Assembly (NCBI GenBank): GCA_963514005.1
Contig: OY740804.1
Location: 30,690,001-30,754,000 of the forward strand
DNA length: 64,000 nucleotides
Direction of reading: 5' to 3'
From: Raja brachyura
Lineage: Eukaryota
In this document: positions 1 through 10,057 of the stretch, piece by piece
How positions within the stretch are numbered: position 1 is the first letter of the stretch
Layout of the letters: every line of letters starts with the position of its first letter
Position numbers and translations under genes: made by a program
The notes under the pieces: generated by a model
Told to the model about the DNA's origin: nothing
The model's input: the letters and a program-made list of their open reading frames with translations, nothing else
Databases searched by the model: none

Positions 1-2297
1 AGTTGTGAGTGTGTTTTGACAAGTTGGTCAAGATCCTCTGGCATCCTCATCTTTAGTTTAAGGCCCATATTTTGTCATATGTACGAAAACCCATACGTTC
101 TCACTATCACCAAAGAAAGACATTTTTTTCTTAAATTAGAAGCCCTGCACTATTGTAACCAAATTAAACGTTACATTTTGTGTCTATCTGCAGTGTAAAC
201 CAGCATCTGCAGTTCGGGACACCCCTGCTTCCTGTGACAGCAGGGCTAGTTATCAAAGGAGTGGGAAGGAACTACAGATGCTGGTTTATATCGAAGATAG
301 ACACATAATGTTGGAGTAACACAGCGGGACAGGCAGGATCTCTGGCTAGAAGGAATGGGTCACAAAATGCCAGAAGAACTCCGCTGGACAGGCAGCGTAA
401 GCTCCGTTTGGAAGGTGTGAGGAAATACTTGCAGTAAAAGGGAGAAAAGGGAGGGAATATTCAATATTCAATATCCAACAAATCAGAAACAGTCAGGAAG
501 AAAAAAATGTTACATTTTCAAATGAAACCACTCACATGGCAGATGGAGCTGAACAGAAGCCTTGGCTTTGGACCAGCAGACTCTTACAACATCACGTGGT
601 GCCACTGAATTCAGGATTAAAACAATTACATAGTTCTTGCAAAATGCACAGAGAAGCATAAACTTTCGCCATCTGCTGGGTCACAAAGTTAAACCGTCGC
701 TATCAAATGTTCTCTCTTACGCTTACGGCCAATGGAGCAAAACCTAAATTGTAAGAATTTGTAGAAAGGAAGTGCAGATGCTGGTAAAAACAAAGTGCTG
801 GAGTAACTCAGCGGGTCAGGCAGCATCACTGGAAAACGTATTTTCAGCGTTTTCTCATGCTTGGTTCTGTTTTATCTGAGAGGGTGAGAGTTAACATGGA
901 GAGAAAACCTTGGTTGACTGTATCCAGATTCTTTGGGATGCATCCAAAATGATCAGAGTGGATAACCACCCTGGTCCGATTGCAACATCTATTTCTGTCA
1001 GTGGGAAAATTCTCGGCTCACGAGTACGGTTTCAGATGTGTTGACATGATTCAGAAGTTAAGGGCTGGCGAGGCAAGGGGAGATGACGCGGTGGATGTAT
1101 GAGGCAAGGGGAGAGGGCACAGAGGTCGTATGAGGAAAATCAGCAAGAAAAAATACCTAATTAATTGTGACAAATCTGCTGAGGTACCAATTAACGCTCT
1201 GCGCATCCAATTTTTATTTATTAAGCCCGGCAGAAGACTCCCGGGATGCTCCGTGCGGTGACAGAAGATTCCCGGGATGCTCTGTGGAGCCGAACGGCCT
1301 GTGGGCCGCCGAGAGCAACCAGACGGACGGGTTGCTGAGAACTAAGTTGGGCCTGGTGGACAGGCCGCCAGGATCAAAGTGGGATCCGCCGGGTGGGGGG
1401 GGGGGGGGGGGGGGTACCAAGAACAACCCGGCAGCTGGGCCTTCGAGAACAGAGGGACCCAGCAAGGGGCTACAAAGAACAAAGAGGGGCCCAGCGGAGG
1501 GTTGTCTGCGGCCACGTGCGCCGGCAGGTCTGGATCGCCGCTGCGTGAAGATAAGACCATACTATGAAGTTATGAAACTTTGCTGGTGTAAGAAACTCTT
1601 TCTGTACTGTCTAGGTGAAGTTTGCTGTATGATTTTACCGGATTGTATGCAAAAACAAAGAATTTCACTGTACCCAGATGCATGTGACATTAAAATATCA
1701 CCATCACCACCACATTCATGACCCATAAGGTCATAAGGAATAGGATGGCTGATCTATCTCTCCCTCCTAACCTCATTCTCCTGCCTCCTTCCCATAACCT
1801 CTGACACCTGGACTCAAAATCTATCAGCAATTCAACCCAACAAGTCAATGTACAGAGCTTGTACTGTCGCGCCTCAACGCGACCACGAGATCGCATAATT
1901 AGCATGCCAACGACACGTAAGTGGGACAGGGGCTTTACCCACCTTCAGTCATCTATAGGTTTTGAGAACTTCAGCTGATATGATTGAATCATTGTTATCT
2001 TTATCCATCTATTCTTTAAACCTCAGAGTGTCTTTCACTGATGCAAAATTATCATAGATTTCACAGAAAACACTGCAAATAGACATTCTGGGCTTCCTGT
2101 TGAAAGTCATTAGATTGGCTGTGAGTATTATTTCCAAGATCTAATTCCTTTTTTTTCTGTGGCAGTATTTCTATTGCCTTCCTTATTTTGCAGCAATGTT
2201 AAGAGACATCACAACGTGGATAAGATGCTGGATGGTATTTGTTGCTGTTGTAGTGTAGATCAGGCATCCTTCTAGTCCCTCACTTAGATAGTGATAT

Positions 2298-2405
2298 AAT
2301 AGTAAGATTAAACGAGAACTTACCAGTTTGAAGTTTGATCTTTATTTTATGAGGAGTTGCGATGAGGGATTTCGTGAAGAACCCGCCAGCACGCATGCGC
2401 GACAT
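2298..2405 (-). repeat. DIRS 3' terminal repeat (35-bp ITR core plus about 73-bp 3' extension)
   Basis: 2371-2405 TTCGTGAAGAACCCGCCAGCACGCATGCGCGACAT is the reverse complement of 7596-7630. 2298-2376 is the exact reverse complement of 2528-2606. Confidence 0.93.
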
Positions 2406-2527
2406 CTCTTCAAAGCAGCGGTGTGGAATCACAGAACCAACAAACCAAAGGAAATGACTTGTGATAGTAAGATTGAAGAGACTCTAGTTACCAGTTGACT
2501 TTATGATCGAGGGTTGGGAGCGGAGGG

Positions 2528-2640
2528 CACGAAATCCCTCATCGCAACTCCTCATAAAATAAAGATCAAACTTCAAACTGGTAAGTTCTCGTTTAATCTT
2601 ACTATTTCATTTCGGAGTCACGTGAGTGACTTCGTGAAGA
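2528..2640. repeat. DIRS internal complementary region (ICR)
   Basis: 2528-2606 complements the left end (2298-2376) and 2604-2640 complements the right end (7621-7657). The two halves overlap on ATT and reproduce the circle junction. Confidence 0.95.
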
Positions 2641-2787
2641 CTTCAAAGCTCTGTGATTACACGCCCTGGACAACGTCCATGCTATCACACACGCCACGAT
2701 AAGGATGGACAGGAGTATCAAACATTTTCAGACTGCTAGTTCTGAAAAATAATAATATTTATTAATAATAACAAAAGAAAAAACCCC

Positions 2788-3777
2788 TCACTGGGGAACA
2801 GCCGAATGACCTCGGCCTGCATTCAGTACAGCTTCTGCAAACATTCCAGGAGCGGTAATAGGTTTATTATAAAACCGTTGAAAGGTGGCTTCACTGGCCC
2901 ATCCCGCTGCGGCTAGAATATGGTCCATGGGCACCTCCATGACCTTTGCCGCCGACGTAGATGCAGCCCTGGTGGAATGGGATTTAAATACATTAGTATC
3001 TATACCTGCTTCGTTCAAAACGATTCTGAGCCATCTGGAGATAGTCTGTACCGTCACTCTATGGTGAGGTCTCTTATGGCTGATTAGCAAGTATTGCTCC
3101 ATTCCCCTTAATTTCCGCGTCACTTTAATATAGTGGCGGATGTGGGTGGCTAAACATAGCCTGGCATCAGCGGGGTATGCTGGAAACACCAGCTGCAGAC
3201 CTGTAAACCCAGGCCTGTGCTGTTTAAGCAATTCATCAATAAAGAAAATAACCTTTTCTGGGGTAGAGATCATTCTATCAATCTTGATCTTATGAAGAGT
3301 CTGTACCCTTTGTGCCGAAGTAAGTGCCAATAACATCACCAACTTCAGGGTGAGTCTGTCCAATTCAAGCCCAATCATGGGCGACCACGTCCTGAGCAGG
3401 GTCAGTACATTCACAATATCCCAGGTAACGTTGTAACGCGGTCTAGGCGGATTGGAATTAAATATTCCCCGCATCAGTTTGGACACCAACGTATTGGATC
3501 CTACCTCCAAATTGAGGTAGTATGATAGTGCGCTCCTGGCGCTGTTGATGGCACTATAGCTGAGGTGTTCGTCATGATGTAACCCCGCAAGGAACTCCAG
3601 CACATCTGTGATTGACACGGAGTCATATGCAATGTCCAAGCGGCCGCAGTAGGTTTCCCATTTCCTGATGTGCGATAAATATTGCCGTCTTGTGGACTCC
3701 CTGCATGATGCTCCTATGGTGTCCATGGTCCTTGATGATAGGCCATACTGCAGTAATGGCCTGTTCAAATCCTGCAA
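2788..3777 (-). CDS. DIRS ORF3, tyrosine recombinase (lambda-integrase family)
   Basis: 329-codon frame with an N-terminal SAM-like region (S.R.ST..QY...W..YC) and catalytic R (SAQR), HSTR, AGW and FQRFY. The frame opens on TTG; the first ATG is only at codon 18. Confidence 0.94.
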   Translation of the reverse strand: MQDLNRPLLQYGLSSRTMDTIGASCRESTRRQYLSHIRKWETYCGRLDIAYDSVSITDVLEFLAGLHHDEHLSYSAINSARSALSYYLNLEVGSNTLVSKLMRGIFNSNPPRPRYNVTWDIVNVLTLLRTWSPMIGLELDRLTLKLVMLLALTSAQRVQTLHKIKIDRMISTPEKVIFFIDELLKQHRPGFTGLQLVFPAYPADARLCLATHIRHYIKVTRKLRGMEQYLLISHKRPHHRVTVQTISRWLRIVLNEAGIDTNVFKSHSTRAASTSAAKVMEVPMDHILAAAGWASEATFQRFYNKPITAPGMFAEAVLNAGRGHSAVPQ

Positions 3778-5693
3778 GCCAATAAATCCAAATGACTATG
3801 GCAGGGATGTGGTTCCCCTGTAACGGGGTTCGTCACCAATATTGGGCAACCCTCCAAGAGGACCCATGGTTGACTGATCATCCCAAGGACCACCGGATAC
3901 CATGACTGAGTAGGCCAGTCGGGTATGATAAGGATGCCATTAGCAGCATCTAGCTGGATTTTCCGCAATACCCGACTGATGAGGCAAAATGGGGGAAATG
4001 CATAGAAAAACCATTTCCCCCAGTCTAGCGAGAAAGCGTCCATCGCTATAGCCCCAGGATCTGGTTCCCATGATACATATGTTGGTACCTGATGGTTTAA
4101 CCGTGACGCAAAAAGGTCAATATCCGGCTTACCAAATTTGGCTGTAATTTGTTTGAATATTTGGGAATTCAACATCCACTCGATGTTATCATTGAATTTC
4201 CGTGACCTGGTGTCCGCCACTATGTTGAGCTTACCTGGTAAATAGGTAGCTGAAATCCAAATATTCCTTTGAATACACCAGAGCCAAATTGTATTTGCCA
4301 ATTCATCACATGAAATTGACCTGGTACCACCCATATGATTTAGATATGCCACCGCAGTGGTGTTGTCTATTTGGAGACGGACATGAGTGTCAGTAAAGTT
4401 TGAACAATAAGCTCTAAGTCCGTGGAATGCCCCAAGCATCTCCAAATAATTTATCCCTTGTGCTAACAAAAGGGTAGATTCTAGTGAGTCCCATCTGCCC
4501 CCACAACTTGTGTTGTTGTCCGTAGCTCCCCAGCCATGGGAGCTTGCGTCTGTTTGTAAGTATACCACCGGACGAGGCACAATGATGGGTTTAAATGAGT
4601 TATGGATATTATCAATCCACCATTGTAACTCAATTTTTGCCTTGAGTGGCAGCTGCATAGGTCTATCAAAATGTCCAGCATTCAATTTTAATGCTGAAAT
4701 CTTGGATCTTTGTAAATTTTGATAATGTAAAGGTCCGAATTGAGCAGCTGGAAAAACTGCTACGATTTTTCCAATTACCTTAGCAGTTTGTCTAATTGAT
4801 GGCATACTGGCGCAGACCAGGTTTTTGCATGTTTGGATGACATCCCCAACCTTGTTAGTTGGTATGGTGGCAATCATGTGATTGGAATCTATGGTGAACC
4901 CCAGATAGTCCATGATCTGTGAAGGACAGAACTTTGATTTATCTGGATGGATAATAAATCCCATTTTTTGGAATATATCCACAGTGGCTGAAACTGCCAA
5001 ATTTGCTGATTCCAATGTATGCCCAATAATGAGGATATCATCTAGATAAGCCATGACCGTGTGATTTGCCCTCCTCAGTGTGGCTAACACTGGCTTGAGT
5101 AATTTGGTAAATAGTCTAGGGGCTGTGGTAAGCCCATTGGGCAAAGCTTTATATTGCCAAAGTTGATCCATCCAGATGAATTTCAAGAACTTCCTGTGAT
5201 GTTTCTGAACGGATACTGAATAGTATGCATCTTTTAAGTCAATGCATGCCATGAAGCAGCCCTCAGAAATCAAAGATTTGGCTGTTTCAAACGTGTCCAT
5301 TTTGAAATGGGTGTATTGTACAAAGATATTCAAATGGGTTAGATCTATAATGACCCGACATCCACCATCTTTTTTGGTTTTAGTAAATATATTGGATACA
5401 AACTCAACCGGCTCATGTGTAGTTCTTTCTATCACACCTTTCTCCAGGAGTCTTAAGATTTCAGCATAGCCTACTGCTGTTTCCTTCTTGGAAAGTGCAA
5501 ATCTGCGATTTGGCATATGCTGAGGTGGAGGAATTTGGCCATTTGTAAACTCAATCTCATAACCCTGAATACTTTGTAGAATAAACTCATCTGAGGTGAT
5601 GGTTTCCCATGCCTCCTTAAACCCCCGCAACCTACCCCCAACATGTGAGGTTAGACATGCCAGTGTATGAAACCCAGACCCCCTTACCTTCAT
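3765..5693 (-). CDS. DIRS ORF2: reverse transcriptase + RNase H + C-terminal DNA adenine methyltransferase-like domain (likely start ATG 5693; open frame from 5774)
   Basis: RT motifs DLKDAY, LPNGLTTAP, YLDD, YLG. RNase H motifs TDAS, INYLEM, DNTTAVAY, LPGKLN..AD..SR. MT-like motifs DLFAS, DAF, YAFPPF, PDWP. ATG 5693 lies in an ACCATG context 2 nt after the gag stop. Confidence 0.95.
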   Translation of the reverse strand: MKVRGSGFHTLACLTSHVGGRLRGFKEAWETITSDEFILQSIQGYEIEFTNGQIPPPQHMPNRRFALSKKETAVGYAEILRLLEKGVIERTTHEPVEFVSNIFTKTKKDGGCRVIIDLTHLNIFVQYTHFKMDTFETAKSLISEGCFMACIDLKDAYYSVSVQKHHRKFLKFIWMDQLWQYKALPNGLTTAPRLFTKLLKPVLATLRRANHTVMAYLDDILIIGHTLESANLAVSATVDIFQKMGFIIHPDKSKFCPSQIMDYLGFTIDSNHMIATIPTNKVGDVIQTCKNLVCASMPSIRQTAKVIGKIVAVFPAAQFGPLHYQNLQRSKISALKLNAGHFDRPMQLPLKAKIELQWWIDNIHNSFKPIIVPRPVVYLQTDASSHGWGATDNNTSCGGRWDSLESTLLLAQGINYLEMLGAFHGLRAYCSNFTDTHVRLQIDNTTAVAYLNHMGGTRSISCDELANTIWLWCIQRNIWISATYLPGKLNIVADTRSRKFNDNIEWMLNSQIFKQITAKFGKPDIDLFASRLNHQVPTYVSWEPDPGAIAMDAFSLDWGKWFFYAFPPFCLISRVLRKIQLDAANGILIIPDWPTQSWYPVVLGMISQPWVLLEGCPILVTNPVTGEPHPCHSHLDLLACRI

Positions 5694-5695
5694 GG

Positions 5696-7456
5696 TTATC
5701 GGCGGTCCCTGACGTTTTTGGTGGGACGTGGAGGTGCTGGGTTGCGCTGGAAATACGGAAACCGCATTTTCCATGCTGGCCGTTGAGGGCCCTGCCCTAA
5801 AAAAGGCCTGGGCTGTTGAGGCTGTTGGTACATAGGAGGCGCTGGAACGTAGGTCCTTGCTGGCCTATCAGTGGGACCTCGTGGCCTGAAATATGGTGTT
5901 TTCTTGGCCGTCTGTCTGGTCACGGGGTGTGACCTCATCAGACCCACTGTTTTGGCATGATCATCTAGGTCTTTGACCTGCTTCGGGAGGTCTTCACCGA
6001 ATAGCTGTCTGGGTGGTGGTGTAGGAGGTGCTCTACATAACCCCGCAAATTTGGGGTTTAATGTCGGCTTGATAATACTTTTCCTAAAAGCATTAATCTC
6101 GTATTGCGTGTTGCAAAGTAGAGCCAGTGCATCCTGATCGATGCTCAAGTCCACTCCATCCACCGACCTTGCAAACGCAGTTATCCCAGATGTGAGCAAC
6201 TTCAGGATCCTCTGTAATTTTACTTCCTGAGTGCGAATGCCCGGGCTGATATTGCCCCAAATCGGCATGTTGACTGTAGGCACATTGAGTGAATTACAAT
6301 TGCCCGGCGCCTTGTGTCTATCCATGGCCTTTGCAAGGACCTCCTCCTGTAGTTGATGATTCGTGAGGAAATCAATGGTAGCAGCCAGCTTGGTATCGAG
6401 GGGTTGGCCCGATGAAACGGGTAATCCAAACTTGGCTGGCACGTCCAGGAGCTCTTCCTGGGGAACTTCAGGTGCAACTGGGGCATGTACCAAAATTTCC
6501 TCCTCTTCTGGCCTCATGCTGCCCATAGATGATGGGGATATGTCCATAAGTCCCCTGGAACTGTGGGCTTCCTGTCTTTGATTAAGCAGGAGTTGTTCCA
6601 TTATCCTCTCCATCCGGTCTATGCGCCCTTCATCATGCATGAATGGGCGATTAGAGTCCTCATGCCCGAAGGAACTTCTGAGGCTCCTATCATCGGCCCG
6701 TACCTCGTCGAGGTAATGTCGGTGCCGTGACGGTAAGTCGCTTCCAGCCGCCTCAGCGATACTGAACGACTCCCGTGCGGATCTGCTCATACGCCTCCTT
6801 TTGGCTGAGCTGCATCCGGCTGCCTCCGTGGGCATATGCGGTGATAAGTCGGCACCCGACGCTCCGGCGTGGTGACCCGACATCCGTGCGGGCTTGCCGA
6901 CTGTCCTTTTTCTGGACCCAGACGGCGTACGGTCCCGTCCATCCCCCCGCGGGGGAAGCGGTGACCGTGGCGAGCCTCCACCTGTGTGACTCTTCCTGGT
7001 CCGACTAGGTGGTGAGTCTCTACTGGCCCTCCTTGGTCTGCCAGTGGACTCAGGTCTCGCTGCTACACCAGGCCGCAATCTAGCGGCACCTGGTGAACCC
7101 TCTGCCCGAAAAGGGCTAGGCTCTCGAGCTCTATCCCTGGCCCTACTATGAGGGCTCAGGGAGAAGGGTCGTGCAGCAGCACGTAAACCCTTTTTGCTCG
7201 CCTCTGCCAATGATCCAGTTGGCGAGAGGGAAATGGAGTCAGGGTCCACCTGCTCCGGCGCTATTCCGACTTCTTGCTCTGCGGGAACCCCGCTAGAGCT
7301 CAGCTGTGCCGGTGATTCGGGTCCTGTGATTACAGGGCTCCCCGATTTGCGCGCCTTTTTCCCGGTCCTTCCAGCGGGCGCTGTAGAAGGGAGCTCCGGG
7401 CTTGGTGGCCTGCAGATCCTTCCGGACGTCCTGCGGCCCTTACTTCTTCTGTCCAT
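5696..7456 (-). CDS. DIRS ORF1, gag-like protein (first ATG at 7456, MDRRSK...; open frame extends to 7489)
   Basis: About 586 codons, uninterrupted. R/S/P-rich N-terminus and a helical C-terminal half (P.VN.PIW...QEVKLQ...LFGEDL). First ORF of the element; TAA at 5698-5696. Confidence 0.85.
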   Translation of the reverse strand: MDRRSKGRRTSGRICRPPSPELPSTAPAGRTGKKARKSGSPVITGPESPAQLSSSGVPAEQEVGIAPEQVDPDSISLSPTGSLAEASKKGLRAAARPFSLSPHSRARDRAREPSPFRAEGSPGAARLRPGVAARPESTGRPRRASRDSPPSRTRKSHTGGGSPRSPLPPRGDGRDRTPSGSRKRTVGKPARMSGHHAGASGADLSPHMPTEAAGCSSAKRRRMSRSARESFSIAEAAGSDLPSRHRHYLDEVRADDRSLRSSFGHEDSNRPFMHDEGRIDRMERIMEQLLLNQRQEAHSSRGLMDISPSSMGSMRPEEEEILVHAPVAPEVPQEELLDVPAKFGLPVSSGQPLDTKLAATIDFLTNHQLQEEVLAKAMDRHKAPGNCNSLNVPTVNMPIWGNISPGIRTQEVKLQRILKLLTSGITAFARSVDGVDLSIDQDALALLCNTQYEINAFRKSIIKPTLNPKFAGLCRAPPTPPPRQLFGEDLPKQVKDLDDHAKTVGLMRSHPVTRQTAKKTPYFRPRGPTDRPARTYVPAPPMYQQPQQPRPFLGQGPQRPAWKMRFPYFQRNPAPPRPTKNVRDRR

Positions 7457-7595
7457 GTTTCTCTGTAGGAAAAAATTACTAACAGACAAACCAACCAGCT
7501 CAAGGTTGATTATACTTACCTGAGTTGGTCCTTATGAGGGCTGGTGGTGAGCCGCGCTCCTCCTCCAGCGGTCGACTGCAAATGCGAGCGACGAT

Positions 7596-7657
7596 ATGTC
7601 GCGCATGCGTGCTGGCGGGTTCTTCACGAAGTCACTCACGTGACTCCGAAATGAAAT
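7596..7657 (-). repeat. DIRS 5' terminal repeat (ITR core plus short extension containing the hairpin AGTCAC-TCAC-GTGACT)
   Basis: Reverse complement of 2371-2405 and of ICR 2604-2640. Confidence 0.93.
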
Positions 7658-7668
7658 TGCCAGTGTGT

Positions 7669-7964
7669 GGCACAGTGTTGCAGCGGTAGAGTTGCGGCCT
7701 TACAAAGCCAGAGACCCAGGTTCGATCCTGACAAAGAGTGCTTGTCTCTGTGGAGTTTGTACGTTCTTCCTGTGACCGCGTATGTTTTCTCTGGGTGCTC
7801 CGGTTTCCTCCCATACTCCAAAGACATACATGTTTGTCAGTAATTGGTTCAGATAAAATTGTAAATTATCCCAAGTATGTAGGATAGTGCTAGTGCACGG
7901 GGTGATCGCTGGTCAGCACAGACTCGGTGGGCCGAAAGGCCAGTTTCTGCGCTGTATCTCTAAA
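7669..7964 (+). mobile_element. tRNA-derived V-SINE (HE1-like), full length
   Basis: A-box-like TGTTGCAGCGG, B-box GGTTCGATCC, V-domain TGTGGAGTTTGTACGTTCT...GGGTGCTCCGGTTTCCTCCCA, CR1-type tail GGGCCGAAAGGCC...CTGTATCTCTAAA. Confidence 0.88.
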
Positions 7965-8866
7965 GTCTAGAGTTTGGATTGTGACTTTTCCCACAAGGCC
8001 TTCTCCAAGAGAATACTGTGCTGGCGATGGCAAAACAATGCTTTGAGCATTTTGTCTTGAAGACTCAGTTGGAGGAGATTTCCCTTCCCCTTCCAAACCA
8101 ATCGCACCTTGATGGGATATTACATTCTTATTACAGACTTTCACAACTTGGGGCTGAAGGAGCAGTTAAAACAACCCTCGGTTGGTACATAACCAGCAAG
8201 TGCTGAACAAATAGAATCTCTGAACAGTGGCAATGCTCAATAAGAGGAAAGACCATAATTGTTCTTTGTCTCGACCAGAAACATCACTTATTCCTTTTCC
8301 CCAGAGATGCTGCCTGATCCACTAAATTACTCTGGCACTTTGTGCCTATCTTCAGTGTAAACCAGCATCTGCAGTTCCCTCCTACACTGTTAGAAATGCC
8401 TAGGTTCTGACATCACTACAATATGGTGCAGTTAATATTATGAACACTTCTTGGTCCTCAGGTTTTTAGTTTAATTAATAGCGTTCAAGTGGCAATCAGA
8501 CATAATTGATGAATAGTTCGCAATATAGCTTAACGATGCAAACCAATAGGAGTAGATATCCTAATCAAGTCTGCTTGCTAATGATCAAGTGCCATAAATT
8601 ATTTGTATTGATTTACAGATTTGCTTTCACCATTACAAAAATATGGTCAGGTCAGAGGTTTTCTTCCTCCACATTGAGAGTCCAGAATGAATTCTGTGGA
8701 TGTGGTTTTTTTTCCAGACTATATGTGATGAATAGAGAAATTGCTGAAGGTTTAACAGTTCGGAGATTAAAGAAAAAATAAAAAGCTTCTCTTCAAATTA
8801 ATGAATTTCAGTAGATGAAGCTGAAAGCTCAACTGGTATGATATTTCCATCCTTCTCCACCACATG

Positions 8867-9040
8867 TGTAGGAAGGAACTGCTGGTTTAAATCGAAGATA
8901 GACACAAAATGCTGGAGTAACTCAGCGAGACAGGCAGCATCTCTGGAGAAAAGGAATGGTCTCGACCCGAAACGTCACCCATTCCTTCTCTCCAGAGATG
9001 CTGCCTGTCCCGCTGAGTTACTCCAGCATTTTGTGTCTAT
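8867..9040. mobile_element. Penelope-derived fold-back insert with 15-bp flanking duplication
   Basis: Repeat unit followed by its inverted copy. CTTCTCCACCACATG occurs at 8852-8866 and 9041-9055. Confidence 0.85.
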
Positions 9041-10057
9041 CTTCTCCACCACATGCTCACACACATCTAGTTTCATTCCATGTGACTGGAAGTCAGCACT
9101 TGAATGGCAAAAAATAGATTATCGAAACAAGGACTTGTCGAAAAGACTCAAAGTGCTGGAGTAACTCGGCAGGTCAGGCAGCATCCCTGGAGAACGTGGA
9201 TAGGTGATGTTTTGGGTCGGGACTCGTCTTCAGAATCTGTTTCTGGTTGGGACACTTCTTCAGGCATCCGTCTTCAAAAATAGATTGTTCACTCAAGAAT
9301 GATTCAATATAGAAATCACATCAACTAGTCTACATCTCGAAGAGACCATAGCGCATAGAAACAGGCCCTTAGGGCCCATCTTGTGATATCTGTCTTCGTT
9401 AATCCATCTGACCACATTAGGATTGTATCCCTCTACTTCATTCTCATCGAAGTACCTGGCCTGATTTAAATGTTGTGATAGTAACTGATGCCACGACCTC
9501 CTCTGGCAGTTTGTGCAAAATATTCATCACTTCCTGCGTAAAGAAACGTACCCCTCCAACCTCCTTTAAATTTCTCTTCTCTCAACTTAAACCTGTGCCC
9601 TCTAGTTTCTTATCCTGGGAAAAGAGTACCCCGTCTGTGCCTCATCATTTTGCAAACCTCTATAACAACACCTGCGCTCCAGTCGAGATTAAACCCATCT
9701 TATTCAATCTCTCCTTATAACAATCCAGAAAATATCCTGGTGGGTCTATATTCTGTTATATGCTAGCACATGCTTCAAGTAGTGTGGGGATCAGAACTGG
9801 ACATATAATCTTCCTTTCTCCTATGCAAGAAAAGAATGGAGTGCAATAAAAGGACAAAATGGATGGGTTACATTTCAGGTCAGGATCCTTCTTCAGAGCG
9901 TTTGATCAGGTGTGACATAAAAACTCAAAAAACAAAGTCTGCGAGACTCAGAGATAAACTCTACATATCTAGACAAACTCTACATATTACGCCAGGGCTG
10001 TTGGAGATCAGCTCCAATTGAAAAACCAAAGATGTTTCTCAAGGCCCACTTCCAATT

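Larger units (their letters stand above)
2298..7657 (-). mobile_element. Full-length DIRS1-like tyrosine-recombinase retrotransposon
   Basis: Three long minus-strand ORFs (gag, RT/RH/MT, YR). Inverted terminal core at 2371-2405 and 7596-7630. Internal complementary region 2528-2640 matches both ends. Both ends share AAT (ATT on the element strand) at 2298-2300 and 7655-7657, with no longer TSD. Confidence 0.96.

Noticed and set aside
1167-1721. 184-aa ORF and overlapping ORFs
   Set aside because: GC-rich repeat with a poly-G run; non-ATG start, no recognisable domain, ends in a LINE-type tail.
2514-2702. 62-aa plus-strand ORF over the ICR
   Set aside because: By-product of the ICR sequence; TTG start and no protein motif.
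5694-5774. ORF-track start of pol at 5774, overlapping gag
   Set aside because: The ATG at 5693 follows the gag stop in good Kozak context and is the more plausible start, though 5774 cannot be excluded.
7669-7740. tRNA gene at SINE heads
   Set aside because: A and B boxes are present but there is no full cloverleaf, and each continues into a V-domain, so these are SINEs.
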